Shown one piece after another: positions 20,615-35,916 of a stretch of DNA of 64,000 nt (positions are counted from its first letter, which is position 1; each line of letters begins with the position of its first letter). The position numbers were made by a program, and so were the translations under genes. The notes below the pieces were generated by a model. It searched no databases, was not told where the DNA came from, and saw only the letters and a program-made list of their open reading frames with translations. This stretch comes from the human T2T-CHM13v2.0 reference genome, Homo sapiens. The stretch lies in assembly GCF_009914755.1 (NCBI RefSeq), contig NC_060932.1. One strand, 5' to 3'.

Positions 20615-21646
20615 TGTAGGGTAAAGAAAGAGAGATCAGACTGTCACTGTGTCAATGTAGAAGGGGAAGACATAAGAGACTCCATTTTGAAAAAGACCTG
20701 TACTTTAAACAATTGCTTTACTGAGATGTTGATCATTTGTAGCTTTGCCGCAGCCCCTTCCTTTGACCCAACTTAGAGCTCACAAAAACCTGTGTTGTAT
20801 AAAATCGAGGTTTAAGGGATCTAGGGCTGTGCAGGACGCGCCTTGTTAACCAAATGTTTACGAGCAGTATACTTGGTAGAAGTCATTGCCATTCTCTAGC
20901 CTCAATAAACCAGGGGCGCAATGCACCGTGGAAAGCCACAGGGACCTCTGCCCTTGAAAGCAGGGTATTGTCCAAGGTTTCTCCCCATGTGACAGTCTGA
21001 AATATGGCCTCGTGGGATGGGAAAGTCCTGAATGTCCCCCAGCCTGACACCCGCAATGGGTCTGTGCTGAGGTGGATTAGTCAAAGAGGAACGCCTCTTG
21101 CAGTTCAGATGGAGGAAGGCCACTGTCTCCTGCTTGCCCCTGGGAACTGAATGTCTCGGTGTAAAGCCCGATCGTTCATTTGTTCAACTCTGAGCTCGGA
21201 GAAAAGCTGCCCTGTGGCGGGAGGCGAGACATGTTGGCAGTAATGCTGCCTTGTTATTCTTTACTCCGCTGAGATATTTGTGTGGAGAGAAACATAAATC
21301 TGGCCTACGTGCACGTCCAGGCATAGTACCTTCCCTTGAACTTAATAATGATATGGATTCTTTTGCTCACGTGTTTGTTTTTTGTTGTTGTTTTGACCTT
21401 CCCCTTATTATCACCCTGCTCCCCTACTGCATTCCTTTGTGCTGAAATAATGAAAATCATAATCAATAAAAACTGAGGGAACTCAGAGGCCGGTGCCGGT
21501 GCAGGTCCTAGGTGTGCTGAGTGCCGGTCCCCTGGACCCACTGTTGTCTCCCTATACTTTGTCTCTGTGTCTTATTTCTTTTCTCCGTCTCTCATCCCAC
21601 CCGACTAGAAACACCCACAGGTGTGGAGGGGCAGGCCACCCCTTCA
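20615..21646 (+). mobile_element. Solo LTR5A, unit 2
   Basis: Same termini and CTTGGA TSD; U3 haplotype B. Confidence 0.95.
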
Positions 21647-22260
21647 CTTGGAAAATCAGTTACACACAAACACGGAATGAGAGTCAAAAGACAATATGTC
21701 ATCTTTTTGAGAATTTTATTCACTTCAAAACACATTAAACACACATATGTACAAAGGCATTCCAGAGCCCAGTTTTCGAGGCTGAGGAAAGACCCCGAGA
21801 GCGCTTCGCACAGCACGCTTCCCAGCGTCCGAAACACTGCTCTCAGGGCGGGGCACAGCGGAAGGGCTGCACCTCTCAGGGTTCCCTAACTTTTCCCTTA
21901 TTCAGTCATCTAGAGAGCAAATACACAGTAATTCCCCAGTTTCCTATTGACGTCCCAGCGGAAGTCTGACTCCTGCGCGTCACGCAGTTTCTGAGGCAAC
22001 GAATCTCTGGCACGGAAGCTTTTCCTGGCGCGTTTCCGGAGAACCACGCCAACTACAACGTCCCTCACCAGAATTCAATGAGGCAGAGTCCCTACATCTG
22101 CTCCCTGCCTGGCCTGGGCTCCCACATCCACAGAAGCGCCACAGCCGGGGAGCTTCGGAGTCACCGCACAGAGTGTGCTCTCTGCTCTGCGCTCCTCAGT
22201 CCCACAGTCCCCTCCAAGTCACGGGAGCTGGAGGCCAAGGAGCCCCTGCCACCTGCAGTC

Positions 22261-25200
22261 TCACTCCAGGTCAGAATCGCTGTCCTCTGAGGAGGAGGAA
22301 ACCTGAAGGTCCTCATAGAGGACGCTCGGTGGGACACGAACACAGGGAGCCTCAGACTTCTCTGACACATGAGGGCTCTGAGCGAGGAAGGCTCCCGGCT
22401 TCTCAGGAGAGTGAAATGAGGGGGCCGCCAGGAGGCTGGAGCTCCAGCGTCCGTTTTCCAGTCTCCGGAAGAGCACTCTGAGAGGCTGGGCCCCATCATG
22501 GCTGGCCGCTGAGTGATGGGACATGGTGCAGGCCTGGGCAGTAGGCAGGCAAGGTGTGCTGTGCGGAGGCTGCCGGTCGACGCTGGGCACCTGGGCCGGT
22601 GTCCTCCTGCCCATCTGGGGCGACGTACTTGTTCCAAGTTCGGTTGCGGCTGGCGGAGGTTGGAGATTCTCCAGGGCCCCCAGCTCACCTCCCTGGATGG
22701 CGCTTTCGGGGATCTGGAAGGGACCCAGTCTCGGTTTCTTGGGGAAGTTCAGGCAAGCCTGAATCGGAGCCTGGGCAGGTCTCTTGGCTCCTGGCCCGAA
22801 GCTGAGATTGGAGCCTAGGCCCAAGCTGTGTGTGGCGGCTGGCGGGCAGGGCTGTGAGGTCACCGCAGGACGTTTGTCTTGTGCCTGGGGTCTGGCGGCC
22901 TGGAGCAGGCCGTGGGTTTTGGAGGCAGCCTGGGGAACTTCTCGGCAGCCACCCTCAGGGCTGCTGTGTGTCGGCTTCACCACGAGGAGAGGCTCGCGGC
23001 CCTGGTGCCTGACTGCAGGCTGAGGCATGTCGGCCGCAGCCCCTGTCTGTCTTTCCTTTGGTCCAAGACTTGAGGAGGAGCTCAGGCTGGCTTTTCTGAG
23101 GGGAGACAGTGAAGCCAAGACGGAGCCCCTGCCAGACATTTCGGCAGCTGAGCGATCAGCGAGGACAGGGTCCACGCGCGGCCTCTTACTGGTTGTGTGG
23201 ACCGGCATTGGCCCGCTTGCAACCTGAAAGAGAGGAAACAACACAGGTTAGAAGTTCCTCAGCATGGAGCCAACGTGAAAATCAAGCACATCCAAAGACA
23301 AGGTGCACACGCCATGAAATTCTTAGTACAGTATCGACAGGCGGTCCTTGGAAGTAGGGACAGACCCTCCACCTGAGTGCTGATCAGGACAAGACACATG
23401 AAAGATGCGCTCTCGAGCTATGTGTAGCTGATCTAAGCACACCATTGTTCAAAAGATCGCGTCTTGGGCATTAACTGGATCAAAGCGCCTCCACTCAGCC
23501 TTCCATGAAGTGGAACGGACTAATGCCCTTCCCGAGGCAGGTTGCTGGCTCAAGGGTACTCGGGACGTCTTCTCTGAACACATGCATGTTCCTGGGTTTC
23601 GCCTTCTCCACGTTTGGGGCCTCTGAGGGACTAATTTCCTCATGCCGCTAGGAACGTGTTGTTGGCAGGCTTGCCATAATTGGACAGAAAGAAAGCCACA
23701 GGAAATACGGCATCTTCAGATGCCTTCGCCTGGAATCCAATTGACCTGGAAGGATCGTGGAGTCCCTGACCCCAAGAAGGCAAGAAAGAGGGGTTCCCCG
23801 ATTTCCTCCCGCAGACGGGAAGCTGAAAGGAAATCAACCAGGGTGACCTAGAGGAGAAAAGGACCAGGGGCCCGGGGTGACACTCACCCTCAGATGATCA
23901 GAAGATTCCGTGGATCCTTTTCCATTCGGCAGCGGCTTCTCTGGAGGTTTCCCGGAAAACATGTGGAGGAGAGCCTTCCTCTGCGGGTCTTGTTGCCTGC
24001 AGAACAGAAGAAGGTCAGGCGGTGCCCCCTGGTTTTCCCCAGGAGACAGGGAGAACCCCGTCTGGGGCCCAGCCCCATTCCGTGTTTTGTGATACAGAAA
24101 TGGACATCTGGTGCCCTTTCCGCCTCTGCACCTTCCCTCACGTGCCAACCTTCCCATCCTCCAGGTGGCCCTCTAGGCTTCCGAACTAAGGACTGTGATT
24201 TGGATTCCATCGCTTTTCCCCCTGTCGTGGGGAACCTGCACGAAGCGCCCCCGCCTCTCCCCGTCCCTGAATCTCCCAGAGCCCAAGGAGCTCCTGGGTG
24301 TGGAACCCCGGAGGACACGGAGCTCCGGCCTATTTCTCTGCAGCGCTCCTTCCCTGGCCCGGAGACGGAAAGGCACACGGTGTGCAGGTGCAGAGACACC
24401 ATGTCCTTAGGAGGCAGTACCCTAAGAGTGGTGAAAACCCCTCCCACTGCTCACCTTGGTCTCTCTTCCTTCTCTCCCTTATCCTTGTTCAAGGGCCCCG
24501 GGTTGGCTTCACCCCGGGGCTTCCATGGTTTCAGGTTTTCCTTCCCTTCCTTTTTCCCCAAGGTCGCTGGAACCAGGGCTGCCTTCCAGCACTTCATGGG
24601 GCACCTGGTACTTCTGGCCGTGTGGCCAAAGGCCCCGCAGTTTTTGCACTTGAGCTGTGGGTGGAAAGGAAGTGATGTCAGTGAGTGAGCTGAAGCCACA
24701 GGCAGCGATCCCACGTCAACATTGGGACGGATTGTGAATTCAGAGCTGAATAAGGATTCCAAAGAGGGGACACCGGCATGGGGGCCGTTAAGTGCTGGGA
24801 GAGTTCGGGTACGATGTTCCCTCGCAAAGCCCATGGGACGGAGGAACTCTGAAAGGAAGGACTCAAGGTTCCAAGGGGCACGATGGTGAAGCCGATGTCA
24901 ACAACGCAGCCAAACGTGGCTACACAGGACTCTAAGTAGAAAGGGAGGTTGCCCCCAAGAGTCTCTCAAGGGACCTATCGGGCCGGGGAGAAGGTCCCAA
25001 GCCACGCCCACCTTGGATGGGAAAAGCAACCTGGCTGGTGGTGACAGAACTCTTTGGAATCCAACCCAGTCTCTGAGGACCGTGGGACACCCCCTCCCCC
25101 CGTCCCCACCCCCACCCCGATACCCAAGAGATCCAGGGCTAGACTTACCCTGGGATCTTCTTCATCGGGCGGGGGAGCCCTTGGCCCAACTGGGGCCCTC

Positions 25201-25271
25201 CGCTGCTTCTGGAGGGTCTGGGCTCTCACCAGTCTCTTGGCCCAAGATTTGGGGTCCCGACGTGCCATCAT
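22261..25271 (-). CDS. FAM90A: FAM90A copy 2, 464 aa. Exons 25271-25149, 24654-24455, 23996-23888, 23223-22261
   Basis: Intact frame; all introns GT-AG. Confidence 0.94.
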
Positions 25272-28265
25272 CTTCGTCTCCTGGGGGTTTTATGACCGCC
25301 TTTTTCAGGGGTGGACTGTTGGGCCACCTGAAACACACAGAAACACACACATGTCGATGGTTAAGCACGTTGGATATTCACACACCCACAGGAAGCCACC
25401 TGCTAACTCCCTGCCTGTGTGGTCATGAGGAGACCTCACCACCAGTCGGTCAAATCTGTAGAACACAATGTGCTGTGTGCATCCTCGGATACTGTGTGTT
25501 CCTCTGCCATGACTACCTAGTCCAAGAGTAAACCCCACCTGCCACAGGGCCCGTGGCCTAGGTATGGGGGGTTGAGCTTTCAACCCCAAACAAACAACTG
25601 ATTCTGGAGACTGGACTTAGGTCTCTCACGATTCACTCCGGTAGAAGACACGGTGATTCTATCTCCCTTGACGGACAGAATGATCGAAGACACAGGGCAT
25701 GGCGTGTGCCACCCTTTGGCAGGTCTGCTTGAAGTCACGGATAAGGGATGCTTCCTGTGACAACTTGAATCGCTACTCTTGCCATTTCATTAGGCAACTT
25801 CCAAACACAAATTCATACAGAGAAGTTACCTTCCTCTCTACCGCACTAGCAGGTGATGGTCTTTCCTGTTCTATCTTTTGGCTTTAGCTCCAGCACCTCT
25901 TTGTTTATTTTCCTGGTATTTTACGCATACCACACGAATTCATCTGAACAAACGGGGAAGAAGTGCCGTATCGTATCGACGTCTTACACGGCTGAAGGGC
26001 AAACCCCCCTTTTTTCCAAAGTCCTTTTTCCGTTTACCCACCAATTCAGCATGCTGCAGTACATTTCTTTTCGCATTCCCATCTTGGTCTTCTCCCACAC
26101 GTGGAGACGGGTATGTTTTCTCGTTTTCTGTTCCAAGAATTACTAGTAACGAGAACACATCCTACCCCACCAGCAAGCCCCAGTGTGATCGGTTTCTTTC
26201 GGCCTCCTTTGTCTCTTCCTCCCCCACACCCCCCGCAAAAACCCCTCAGGGATTGCGTGAAACAAACAATTGTTCAGCGAAACTAACCTGAAATTACACG
26301 TCTACTTTCTTTCCCAGGCTGGCGCTGAGATGGGCAGGTGCTGCAGCAGCCCCGCTGGAAGCGATGCAGCATCCAGGACGACGGAGGAAGGGGCGGAGAG
26401 GGACCTCTGCTTTCCAGGCTGCCTTTTATACTGCCTCTGGTCACCTGACATGGAACGTACCCTAACCTAATCAGTTACCTGTACCTTAATTGCAATTAAC
26501 TTAATCCAATTACATGACCTGGAAAGGTCTGTCTGCACAGCCCACTCTAAGATCATGTCCACTGCTGACAGACATTCTAAAACCTACTTGTACAGCTGCA
26601 AGCTTTGAACAATAGATGTTCCCCGTCAGACATGTAACACTGGTGCCTGTACCCCTGTCTTCTTTTCCATCTTTTTTGTTGTTTTGTTTTGTTTTGTTTT
26701 GTTTTAAAAAATGTGGTAAAATAGACACCTTTTAATTGGACCACATTTTGTCTATCTCGACGTAGGCCTCAGTGTCATCAAGGAGACTCTGCTTGACATG
26801 CAGTCACGGCCATGATCCATCTTCAGAGCTTCTCTTTCTTCCCCAAGGTAAGTCTGTCAGCAGAGAACCCTGACCGCACCCTCATGTGTTTTCTCCCCCA
26901 GGAGGCGCTTGGAAACCACCGTGAATTGGACCGCACTGGGAAACACAGATGAGGAAAGTCAACAACGCTTTGTCCTTCAGTGCCTGGCTCCTTTTTCAGC
27001 TCGTCTTGCGACTCCAGGCATTATGCCTGAAAAGTCTCCCGGACGCCTGTGAGGCTGTAATTCCCTGGGTCCCATTGCCATGTCTCTGGATTTGCGAAGA
27101 TCCACCGCACCTTCTGTGGAACTCCCGTGTCGGTGAACTTTTGTGCCACGGCCCCTAATTCTGCCCATGGTCATCCGCACCTGCACGACTTAGGGTCCAT
27201 GTTCCTTGGACGGGAAGAGACAGGCAGGAGTCGGAATGATGAACCAGCACACTGGGGCGTTTTCTCATGTAGCCCAAGTGACCCCATGGTCTTCTCGAGC
27301 TTTGGAACCAGTCGCGTCCCCTTTGACACTGCACCCGGCTCCCAGTCTCTCAATCTTGTTGGCCCTCCGGCGATCTCCCGTTGGATGGATTGCTCCTGCT
27401 GAAACTCGAGTCCCCTTTGATTTGCGCTTCATTAATTATTCATGATTCAGGTTGGAAGGCCTGCTGACGACCCCCTGTGGCCGTTCTCTGAGCTTTCCTG
27501 TCACATCGTTTCCTTCCACGCTCTTTGGTTCCTTATGGTCCTGCTCCTTCTGCTGTCAGAGGAGCAGAGAGTTGATCTTATTCATTCTGGATACGGATAC
27601 TTTCTAGTTGATCTGGATAATCAAGATAACGACCCTCAACAGCGGCGGAAAGGGAGCAGCCAGTTGGTGTGTCTCAGAAAATCCCGCTGAGTTCCGAGGC
27701 CTCCTAGATGTGGAATCCTGCTGAGAGTTGTTCCCAGGTCAGAGAATGGAGAGAGCCTGTGCATGATGGGATATCCCCGCCTAGATCTTTCAGTGAGTCT
27801 CTGCCTCAGCTACTCTTAGGATCAGGGGGAGAACCATGGTGTCAGACATCCGGAAAGAAGACGGGATGAATGTTTTACCTCTGAAGTACATCCCAAATGT
27901 GGGAGTTAACTTCAGCTTTGCTGGGGTCTATTTGGCCAGTGAAACTCTGCCTGGTTCCTTCGCACATCCGGAAGCCACTTCACGGGGGGCCGTCGCAACT
28001 GGAACCACACACTTGGCATCGGCGGTTGAGCCAAATGGGGACTCGTGGTGCAAGCAACGCTCCCCACGTGTTAGCGTGCGTGAGATTCGGTTGGCGGAAT
28101 TTTACTAGGTGCGTGTTGGTAGAGTGGGGCTGAGGTTTTCTTGCTCCTGTGGATGTATAGGAAGTCAAAGGTCCTGCCCAGCCCTGCGGTCCCCTCAGTC
28201 AACTCCGTTTCGGAGACGTAACGATTTGGATTGCCAACAAGTCAAGAAATGTTCAAGCCCTTGGA

Positions 28266-29297
28266 TGTAGGGTAAAGAAAGAGAGATCAGACTGTCACTG
28301 TGTCAATGTAGAAGGGGAAGACATAAGAGACTCCATTTTGAAAAAGACCTGTACTTTAAACAATTGCTTTACTGAGATGTTGATCATTTGTAGCTTTGCC
28401 GCAGCCCCTTCCTTTGACCCAACTTAGAGCTCACAAAAACCTGTGTTGTATAAAATCGAGGTTTAAGGGATCTAGGGCTGTGCAGGACGCGCCTTGTTAA
28501 CCAAATGTTTACGAGCAGTATACTTGGTAGAAGTCATTGCCATTCTCTAGCCTCAATAAACCAGGGGCGCAATGCACCATGGAAAGCCACAGGGACCTCT
28601 GCCCTTGAAAGCAGGGTATTGTCCAAGGTTTCTCCCCATGTGACAGTCTGAAATATGGCCTCGTGGGATGGGAAAGTCCTGAATGTCCCCCAGCCTGACA
28701 CCCGCAATGGGTCTGTGCTGAGGTGGATTAGTCAAAGAGGAACGCCTCTTGCAGTTCAGATGGAGGAAGGCCACTGTCTCCTGCTTGCCCCTGGGAACTG
28801 AATGTCTCGGTGTAAAGCCCGATCGTTCATTTGTTCAACTCTGAGCTCGGAGAAAAGCTGCCCTGTGGCGGGAGGCGAGACATGTTGGCAGTAATGCTGC
28901 CTTGTTATTCTTTACTCCGCTGAGATATTTGTGTGGAGAGAAACATAAATCTGGCCTACGTGCACGTCCAGGCATAGTACCTTCCCTTGAACTTAATAAT
29001 GATATGGATTCTTTTGCTCACGTGTTTGTTTTTTGTTGTTGTTTTGACCTTCCCCTTATTATCACCCTGCTCCCCTACTGCATTCCTTTGTGCTGAAATA
29101 ATGAAAATCATAATCAATAAAAACTGAGGGAACTCAGAGGCCGGTGCCGGTGCAGGTCCTAGGTGTGCTGAGTGCCGGTCCCCTGGACCCACTGTTGTCT
29201 CCCTATACTTTGTCTCTGTGTCTTATTTCTTTTCTCCGTCTCTCATCCCACCCGACTAGAAACACCCACAGGTGTGGAGGGGCAGGCCACCCCTTCA
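28266..29297 (+). mobile_element. Solo LTR5A, unit 3
   Basis: Same termini and TSD; haplotype B. Confidence 0.95.
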
Positions 29298-29911
29298 CTT
29301 GGAAAATCAGTTACACACAAACACGGAATGAGAGTCAAAAGACAATATGTCATCTTTTTGAGAATTTTATTCACTTCAAAACACATTAAACACACATATG
29401 TACAAAGGCATTCCAGAGCCCAGTTTTCGAGGCTGAGGAAAGACCCCGAGAGCGCTTCGCACAGCACGCTTCCCAGCGTCCGAAACTCTGCTCTCAGGGC
29501 GGGGCACAGCGGAAGGGCTGCACCTCTCAGGGTTCCCTAACTTTTCCCTTATTCAGTCATCTAGAGAGCAAATACACAGTAATTCCCCAGTTTCCTATTG
29601 ACGTCCCAGCGGAAGTCTGACTCCTGCGCGTCACGCAGTTTCTGAGGCAACGAATCTCTGGCACGGAAGCTTTTCCTGGCGCGTTTCCGGAGAACCACGC
29701 CAACTACAACGTCCCTCACCAGAATTCAATGAGGCAGAGTCCCTACATCTGCTCCCTGCCTGGCCTGGGCTCCCACATCCACAGAAGCGCCACAGCCGGG
29801 GAGCTTCGGAGTCACCGCACAGAGTGTGCTCTCTGCTCTGCGCTCCTCAGTCCCACAGTCCCCTCCAAGTCACGGGAGCCGGAGGCCAAGGAGCCCCTGC
29901 CACCTGCAGTC

Positions 29912-32900
29912 TCACTCCAGGTCAGAATCGCTGTCCTCTGAGGAGGAGGAAACCTGAAGGTCCTCATAGAGGACGCTCGGTGGGACACGAACACAGGGAG
30001 CCTCAGACTTCTCTGACACATGAGGGCTCTGAGCGAGGAAGGCTCCCGGCTTCTCAGGAGAGTGAAATGAGGGGGCCGCCAGGAGGCTGGAGCTCCAGCG
30101 TCCGTTTTCCAGTCTCCGGAAGAGCACTCTGAGAGGCTGGGCCCCATCATGGCTGGCCGCTGAGTGATGGGACATGGTGCAGGCCTGGGCAGTAGGCAGG
30201 CAAGGTGTGCTGTGCGGAGGCTGCCGGTCGACGCTGGGCACCTGGGCCGGTGTCCTCCTGCCCATCTGGGGCGACGTACTTGGTCCAAGTTCGGTTGCGG
30301 CTGGCGGAGGTTGGAGATTCTCCAGGGCCCCCAGCTCACCTCCCTGGATGGCGCTTTCGGGGATCTGGAAGGGACCCAGTCTCGGTTTCTTGGGGAAGTT
30401 CAGGCAAGCCTGAATCGGAGCCTGGGCAGGTCTCTTGGCTCCTGGCCCGAAGCTGAGATTGGAGCCTAGGCCCAAGCTGTGTGTGGCGGCTGGCGGGCAG
30501 GGCTGTGAGGTCACCGCAGGACGTTTGTCTTGTGCCTGGGGTCTGGCGGCCTGGAGCAGGCCGTGGGTTTTGGAGGCAGCCTGGGGAACTTCTCGGCAGC
30601 CACCCTCAGGGCTGCTGTGTGTCGGCTTCACCACGAGGAGAGGCTCGCGGCCCTGGTGCCTGACTGCAGGCTGAGGCATGTCGGCCGCAGCCCCTGTCTG
30701 TCTTTCCTTTGGTCCAAGACTTGAGGAGGAGCTCAGGCTGGCTTTTCTGAGGGGAGACAGTGAAGCCAAGACGGAGCCCCTGCCAGACATTTCGGCAGCT
30801 GAGCGATCAGCGAGGACAGGGTCCACGCGCGGCCTCTTACTGGTTGTGTGGACCGGCATTGGCCCGCTTGCAACCTGAAAGAGAGGAAACAACACAGGTT
30901 AGAAGTTCCTCAGCATGGAGCCAACGTGAAAATCAAGCACATCCAAAGACAAGGTGCACACGCCATGAAATTCTTAGTACAGTATCGACAGGCGGTCCTT
31001 GGAAGTAGGGACAGACCCTCCACCTGAGTGCTGATCAGGACAAGACACATGAAAGATGCGCTCTCGAGCTATGTGTAGCTGATCTAAGCACACCATTGTT
31101 CAAAAGATCGCGTCTTGGGCATTAACTGGATCAAAGCGCCTCCACTCAGCCTTCCATGAAGTGGAACGGACTAATGCCCTTCCCGAGGCAGGTTGCTGGC
31201 TCAAGGGTACTCGGGACGTCTTCTCTGAACACATGCATGTTCCTGGGTTTCGCCTTCTCCACGTTTGGGGCCTCTGAGGGACTAATTTCCTCATGCCGCT
31301 AGGAACGTGTTGTTGGCAGGCTTGCCATAATTGGACAGAAAGAAAGCCACAGGAAATACGGCATCTTCAGATGCCTTCGCCTGGAATCCAATTGACCTGG
31401 AAGGATCGTGGAGTCCCTGACCCCAAGAAGGCAAGAAAGAGGGGTTCCCCGATTTCCTCCCGCAGACGGGAAGCTGAAAGGAAATCAACCAGGGTGACCT
31501 AGAGGAGAAAAGGACCAGGGGCCCGGGGTGACACTCACCCTCAGATGATCAGAAGATTCCGTGGATCCTTTTCCATTCGGCAGCGGCTTCTCTGGAGGTT
31601 TCCCGGAAAACATGTGGAGGAGAGCCTTCCTCTGCGGGTCTTGTTGCCTGCAGAACAGAAGAAGGTCAGGCGGTGCCCCCTGGTTTTCCCCAGGAGACAG
31701 GGAGAACCCCGTCTGGGGCCCAGCCCCATTCCGTGTTTTGTGATACAGAAATGGACATCTGGTGCCCTTTCCGCCTCTGCACCTTCCCTCACGTGCCAAC
31801 CTTCCCATCCTCCAGGTGGCCCTCTAGGCTTCCGAACTAAGGACTGTGATTTGGATTCCATCGCTTTTCCCCCTGTCGTGGGGAACCTGCACGAAGCGCC
31901 CCCGCCTCTCCCCGTCCCTGAATCTCCCAGAGCCCAAGGAGCTCCTGGGTGTGGAACCCCGGAGGACACGGAGCTCCGGCCTATTTCTCTGCAGCGCTCC
32001 TTCCCTGGCCCGGAGACGGAAAGGCACACGGTGTGCAGGTGCAGAGACACCATGTCCTTAGGAGGCAGTACCCTAAGAGTGGTGAAAAACCCTCCCACTG
32101 CTCACCTTGGTCTCTCTTCCTTCTCTCCCTTATCCTTGTTCAAGGGCCCCGGGTTGGCTTCACCCCGGGGCTTCCATGGTTTCAGGTTTTCCTTCCCTTC
32201 CTTTTTCCCCAAGGTCGCTGGAACCAGGGCTGCCTTCCAGCACTTCATGGGGCACCTGGTACTTCTGGCCGTGTGGCCAAAGGCCCCGCAGTTTTTGCAC
32301 TTGAGCTGTGGGTGGAAAGGAAGTGATGTCAGTGAGTGAGCTGAAGCCACAGGCAGCGATCCCACGTCAACATTGGGACGGATTGTGAATTCAGAGCTGA
32401 ATAAGGATTCCAAAGAGGGGACACCGGCATGGGGGCCGTTAAGTGCTGGGAGAGTTCGGGTACGATGTTCCCTCGCAAAGCCCATGGGACGGAGGAACTC
32501 TGAAAGGAAGGACTCAAGGTTCCAAGGGGCACGATGGTGAAGCCGATGTCAACAACGCAGCCAAACGTGGCTACACAGGACTCTAAGTAGAAAGGGAGGT
32601 TGCCCCCAAGAGTCTCTCAAGGGACCTATCGGGCCGGGGAGAAGGTCCCAAGCCACGCCCACCTTGGATGGGAAAAGCAACCTGGCTGGTGGTGACAGAA
32701 CTCTTTGGAATCCAACCCAGTCTCTGAGGACCGTGGGACACCCCCTCCCCCCGTCCCCACCCCCACCCCGATACCCAAGAGATCCAGGGCTAGACTTACC
32801 CTGGGATCTTCTTCATCGGGCGGGGGAGCCCTTGGCCCAACTGGGGCCCTCCGCTGCTTCTGGAGGGTCTGGGCTCTCACCAGTCTCTTGGCCCAAGATT

Positions 32901-32922
32901 TGGGGTCCCGACGTGCCATCAT
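29912..32922 (-). CDS. FAM90A: FAM90A copy 3, 464 aa. Exons 32922-32800, 32305-32106, 31647-31539, 30874-29912
   Basis: Intact frame; GT-AG introns; LGPSTS instead of LGTSTS. Confidence 0.94.
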
Positions 32923-35916
32923 CTTCGTCTCCTGGGGGTTTTATGACCGCCTTTTTCAGGGGTGGACTGTTGGGCCACCTGAAACACACACAAACACACA
33001 CATGTCGATGGTTAAGCACGTTGGATATTCACACACCCACAGGAAGCCACCTGCTAACTCCCTGCCTGTGTGGTCATGAGGAGACCTCACCACCAGTCGG
33101 TCAAATCTGTAGAACACAATGTGCTGTGTGCATCCTCGGATACTGTGTGTTCCTCTGCCATGACTACCTAGTCCAAGAGTAAACCCCACCTGCCACAGGG
33201 CCCGTGGCCTAGGTATGGGGGGTTGAGCTTTCAACCCCAAACAAACAACTGATTCTGGAGACTGGACTTAGGTCTCTCACGATTCACTCCGGTAGAAGAC
33301 ACGGTGATTCTATCTCCCTTGACGGACAGAATGATCGAAGACACAGGGCATGGCGTGTGCCACCCTTTGGCAGGTCTGCTTGAAGTCACGGATAAGGGAT
33401 GCTTCCTGTGACAACTTGAATCGCTACTCTTGCCATTTCATTAGGCAACTTCCAAACACAAATTCATACAGAGAAGTTACCTTCCTCTCTACCGCACTAG
33501 CAGGTGATGGTCTTTCCTGTTCTATCTTTTGGCTTTAGCTCCAGCACCTCTTTGTTTATTTTCCTGGTATTTTACGCATACCACACGAATTCATCTGAAC
33601 AAACGGGGAAGAAGTGCCGTATCGTATCGACGTCTTACACGGCTGAAGGGCAAACCCCCCTTTTTTCCAAAGTCCTTTTTCCGTTTACCCACCAATTCAG
33701 CATGCTGCAGTACATTTCTTTTCGCATTCCCATCTTGGTCTTCTCCCACACGTGGAGACGGGTATGTTTTCTCGTTTTCTGTTCCAAGAATTACTAGTAA
33801 CGAGAACACATCCTACCCCACCAGCAAGCCCCAGTGTGATCGGTTTCTTTCGGCCTCCTTTGTCTCTTCCTCCCCCACACCCCCCGCAAATACCCCTCAG
33901 GGATTGCGTGAAACAAACAATTGTTCAGCGAAACTAACCTGAAATTACACGTCTACTTTCTTTCCCAGGCTGGCGCTGAGATGGGCAGGTGCTGCAGCAG
34001 CCCGGCTGGAAGCGATGCAGCATCCAGGACGACGGAGGAAGGGGCGGAGAGGGACCTCTGCTTTCCAGGCTGCCTTTTATACTGCCTCTGGTCACCTGAC
34101 ATGGAACGTACCCTAACCTAATCAGTTACCTGTACCTTAATTGCAATTAACTTAATCCAATTACATGACCTGGAAAGGTCTGTCTGCACAGCCCACTCTA
34201 AGATCATGTCCACTGCTGACAGACATTCTAAAACCTACTTGTACAGCTGCAAGCTTTGAACAATAGATGTTCCCCGTCAGACATGTAACACTGGTGCCTG
34301 TACCCCTGTCTTCTTTTCCATCTTTTTTGTTGTTTTGTTTTGTTTTGTTTTGTTTTAAAAAATGTGGTAAAATAGACACCTTTTAATTGGACCACATTTT
34401 GTCTATCTCGACGTAGGCCTCAGTGTCATCAAGGAGACTCTGCTTGACATGCAGTCACGGCCATGATCCATCTTCAGAGCTTCTCTTTCTTCCCCAAGGT
34501 AAGTCTGTCAGCAGAGAACCCTGACCGCACCCTCATGTGTTTTCTCCCCCAGGAGGCGCTTGGAAACCACCGTGAATTGGACCGCACTGGGAAACACAGA
34601 TGAGGAAAGTCAACAACGCTTTGTCCTTCAGTGCCTGGCTCCTTTTTCAGCTCGTCTTGCGACTCCAGGCATTATGCCTGAAAAGTCTCCCGGACGCCTG
34701 TGAGGCTGTAATTCCCTGGGTCCCATTGCCATGTCTCTGGATTTGCGAAGATCCACCGCACCTTCTGTGGAACTCCCGTGTCGGTGAACTTTTGTGCCAC
34801 GGCCCCTAATTCTGCCCATGGTCATCCGCACCTGCACGACTTAGGGTCCATGTTCCTTGGACGGGAAGAGACAGGCAGGAGTCGGAATGATGAACCAGCA
34901 CACTGGGGCGTTTTCTCATGTAGCCCAAGTGACCCCATGGTCTTCTCGAGCTTTGGAACCAGTCGCGTCCCCTTTGACACTGCACCCGGCTCCCAGTCTC
35001 TCAATCTTGTTGGCCCTCCGGCGATCTCCCGTTGGATGGATTGCTCCTGCTGAAACTCGAGTCCCCTTTGATTTGCGCTTCATTAATTATTCATGATTCA
35101 GGTTGGAAGGCCTGCTGACGACCCCCTGTGGCCGTTCTCTGAGCTTTCCTGTCACATCGTTTCCTTCCACGCTCTTTGGTTCCTTATGGTCCTGCTCCTT
35201 CTGCTGTCAGAGGAGCAGAGAGTTGATCTTATTCATTCTGGATACGGATACTTTCTAGTTGATCTGGATAATCAAGATAACGACCCTCAACAGCGGCGGA
35301 AAGGGAGCAGCCAGTTGGTGTGTCTCAGAAAATCCCGCTGAGTTCCGAGGCCTCCTAGATGTGGAATCCTGCTGAGAGTTGTTCCCAGGTCAGAGAATGG
35401 AGAGAGCCTGTGCATGATGGGATATCCCCGCCTAGATCTTTCAGTGAGTCTCTGCCTCAGCTACTCTTAGGATCAGGGGGAGAACCATGGTGTCAGACAT
35501 CCGGAAAGAAGACGGGATGAATGTTTTACCTCTGAAGTACATCCCAAATGTGGGAGTTAACTTCAGCTTTGCTGGGGTCTATTTGGCCAGTGAAACTCTG
35601 CCTGGTTCCTTCGCACATCCGGAAGCCACTTCACGGGGGGCCGTCGCAACTGGAACCACACACTTGGCATCGGCGGTTGAGCCAAATGGGGACTCGTGGT
35701 GCAAGCAACGCTCCCCACGTGTTAGCGTGCGTGAGATTCGGTTGGCGGAATTTTACTAGGTGCGTGTTGGTAGAGTGGGGCTGAGGTTTTCTTGCTCCTG
35801 TGGATGTATAGGAAGTCAAAGGTCCTGCCCAGCCCTGCGGTCCCCTCAGTCAACTCCGTTTCGGAGACGTAACGATTTGGATTGCCAACAAGTCAAGAAA
35901 TGTTCAAGCCCTTGGA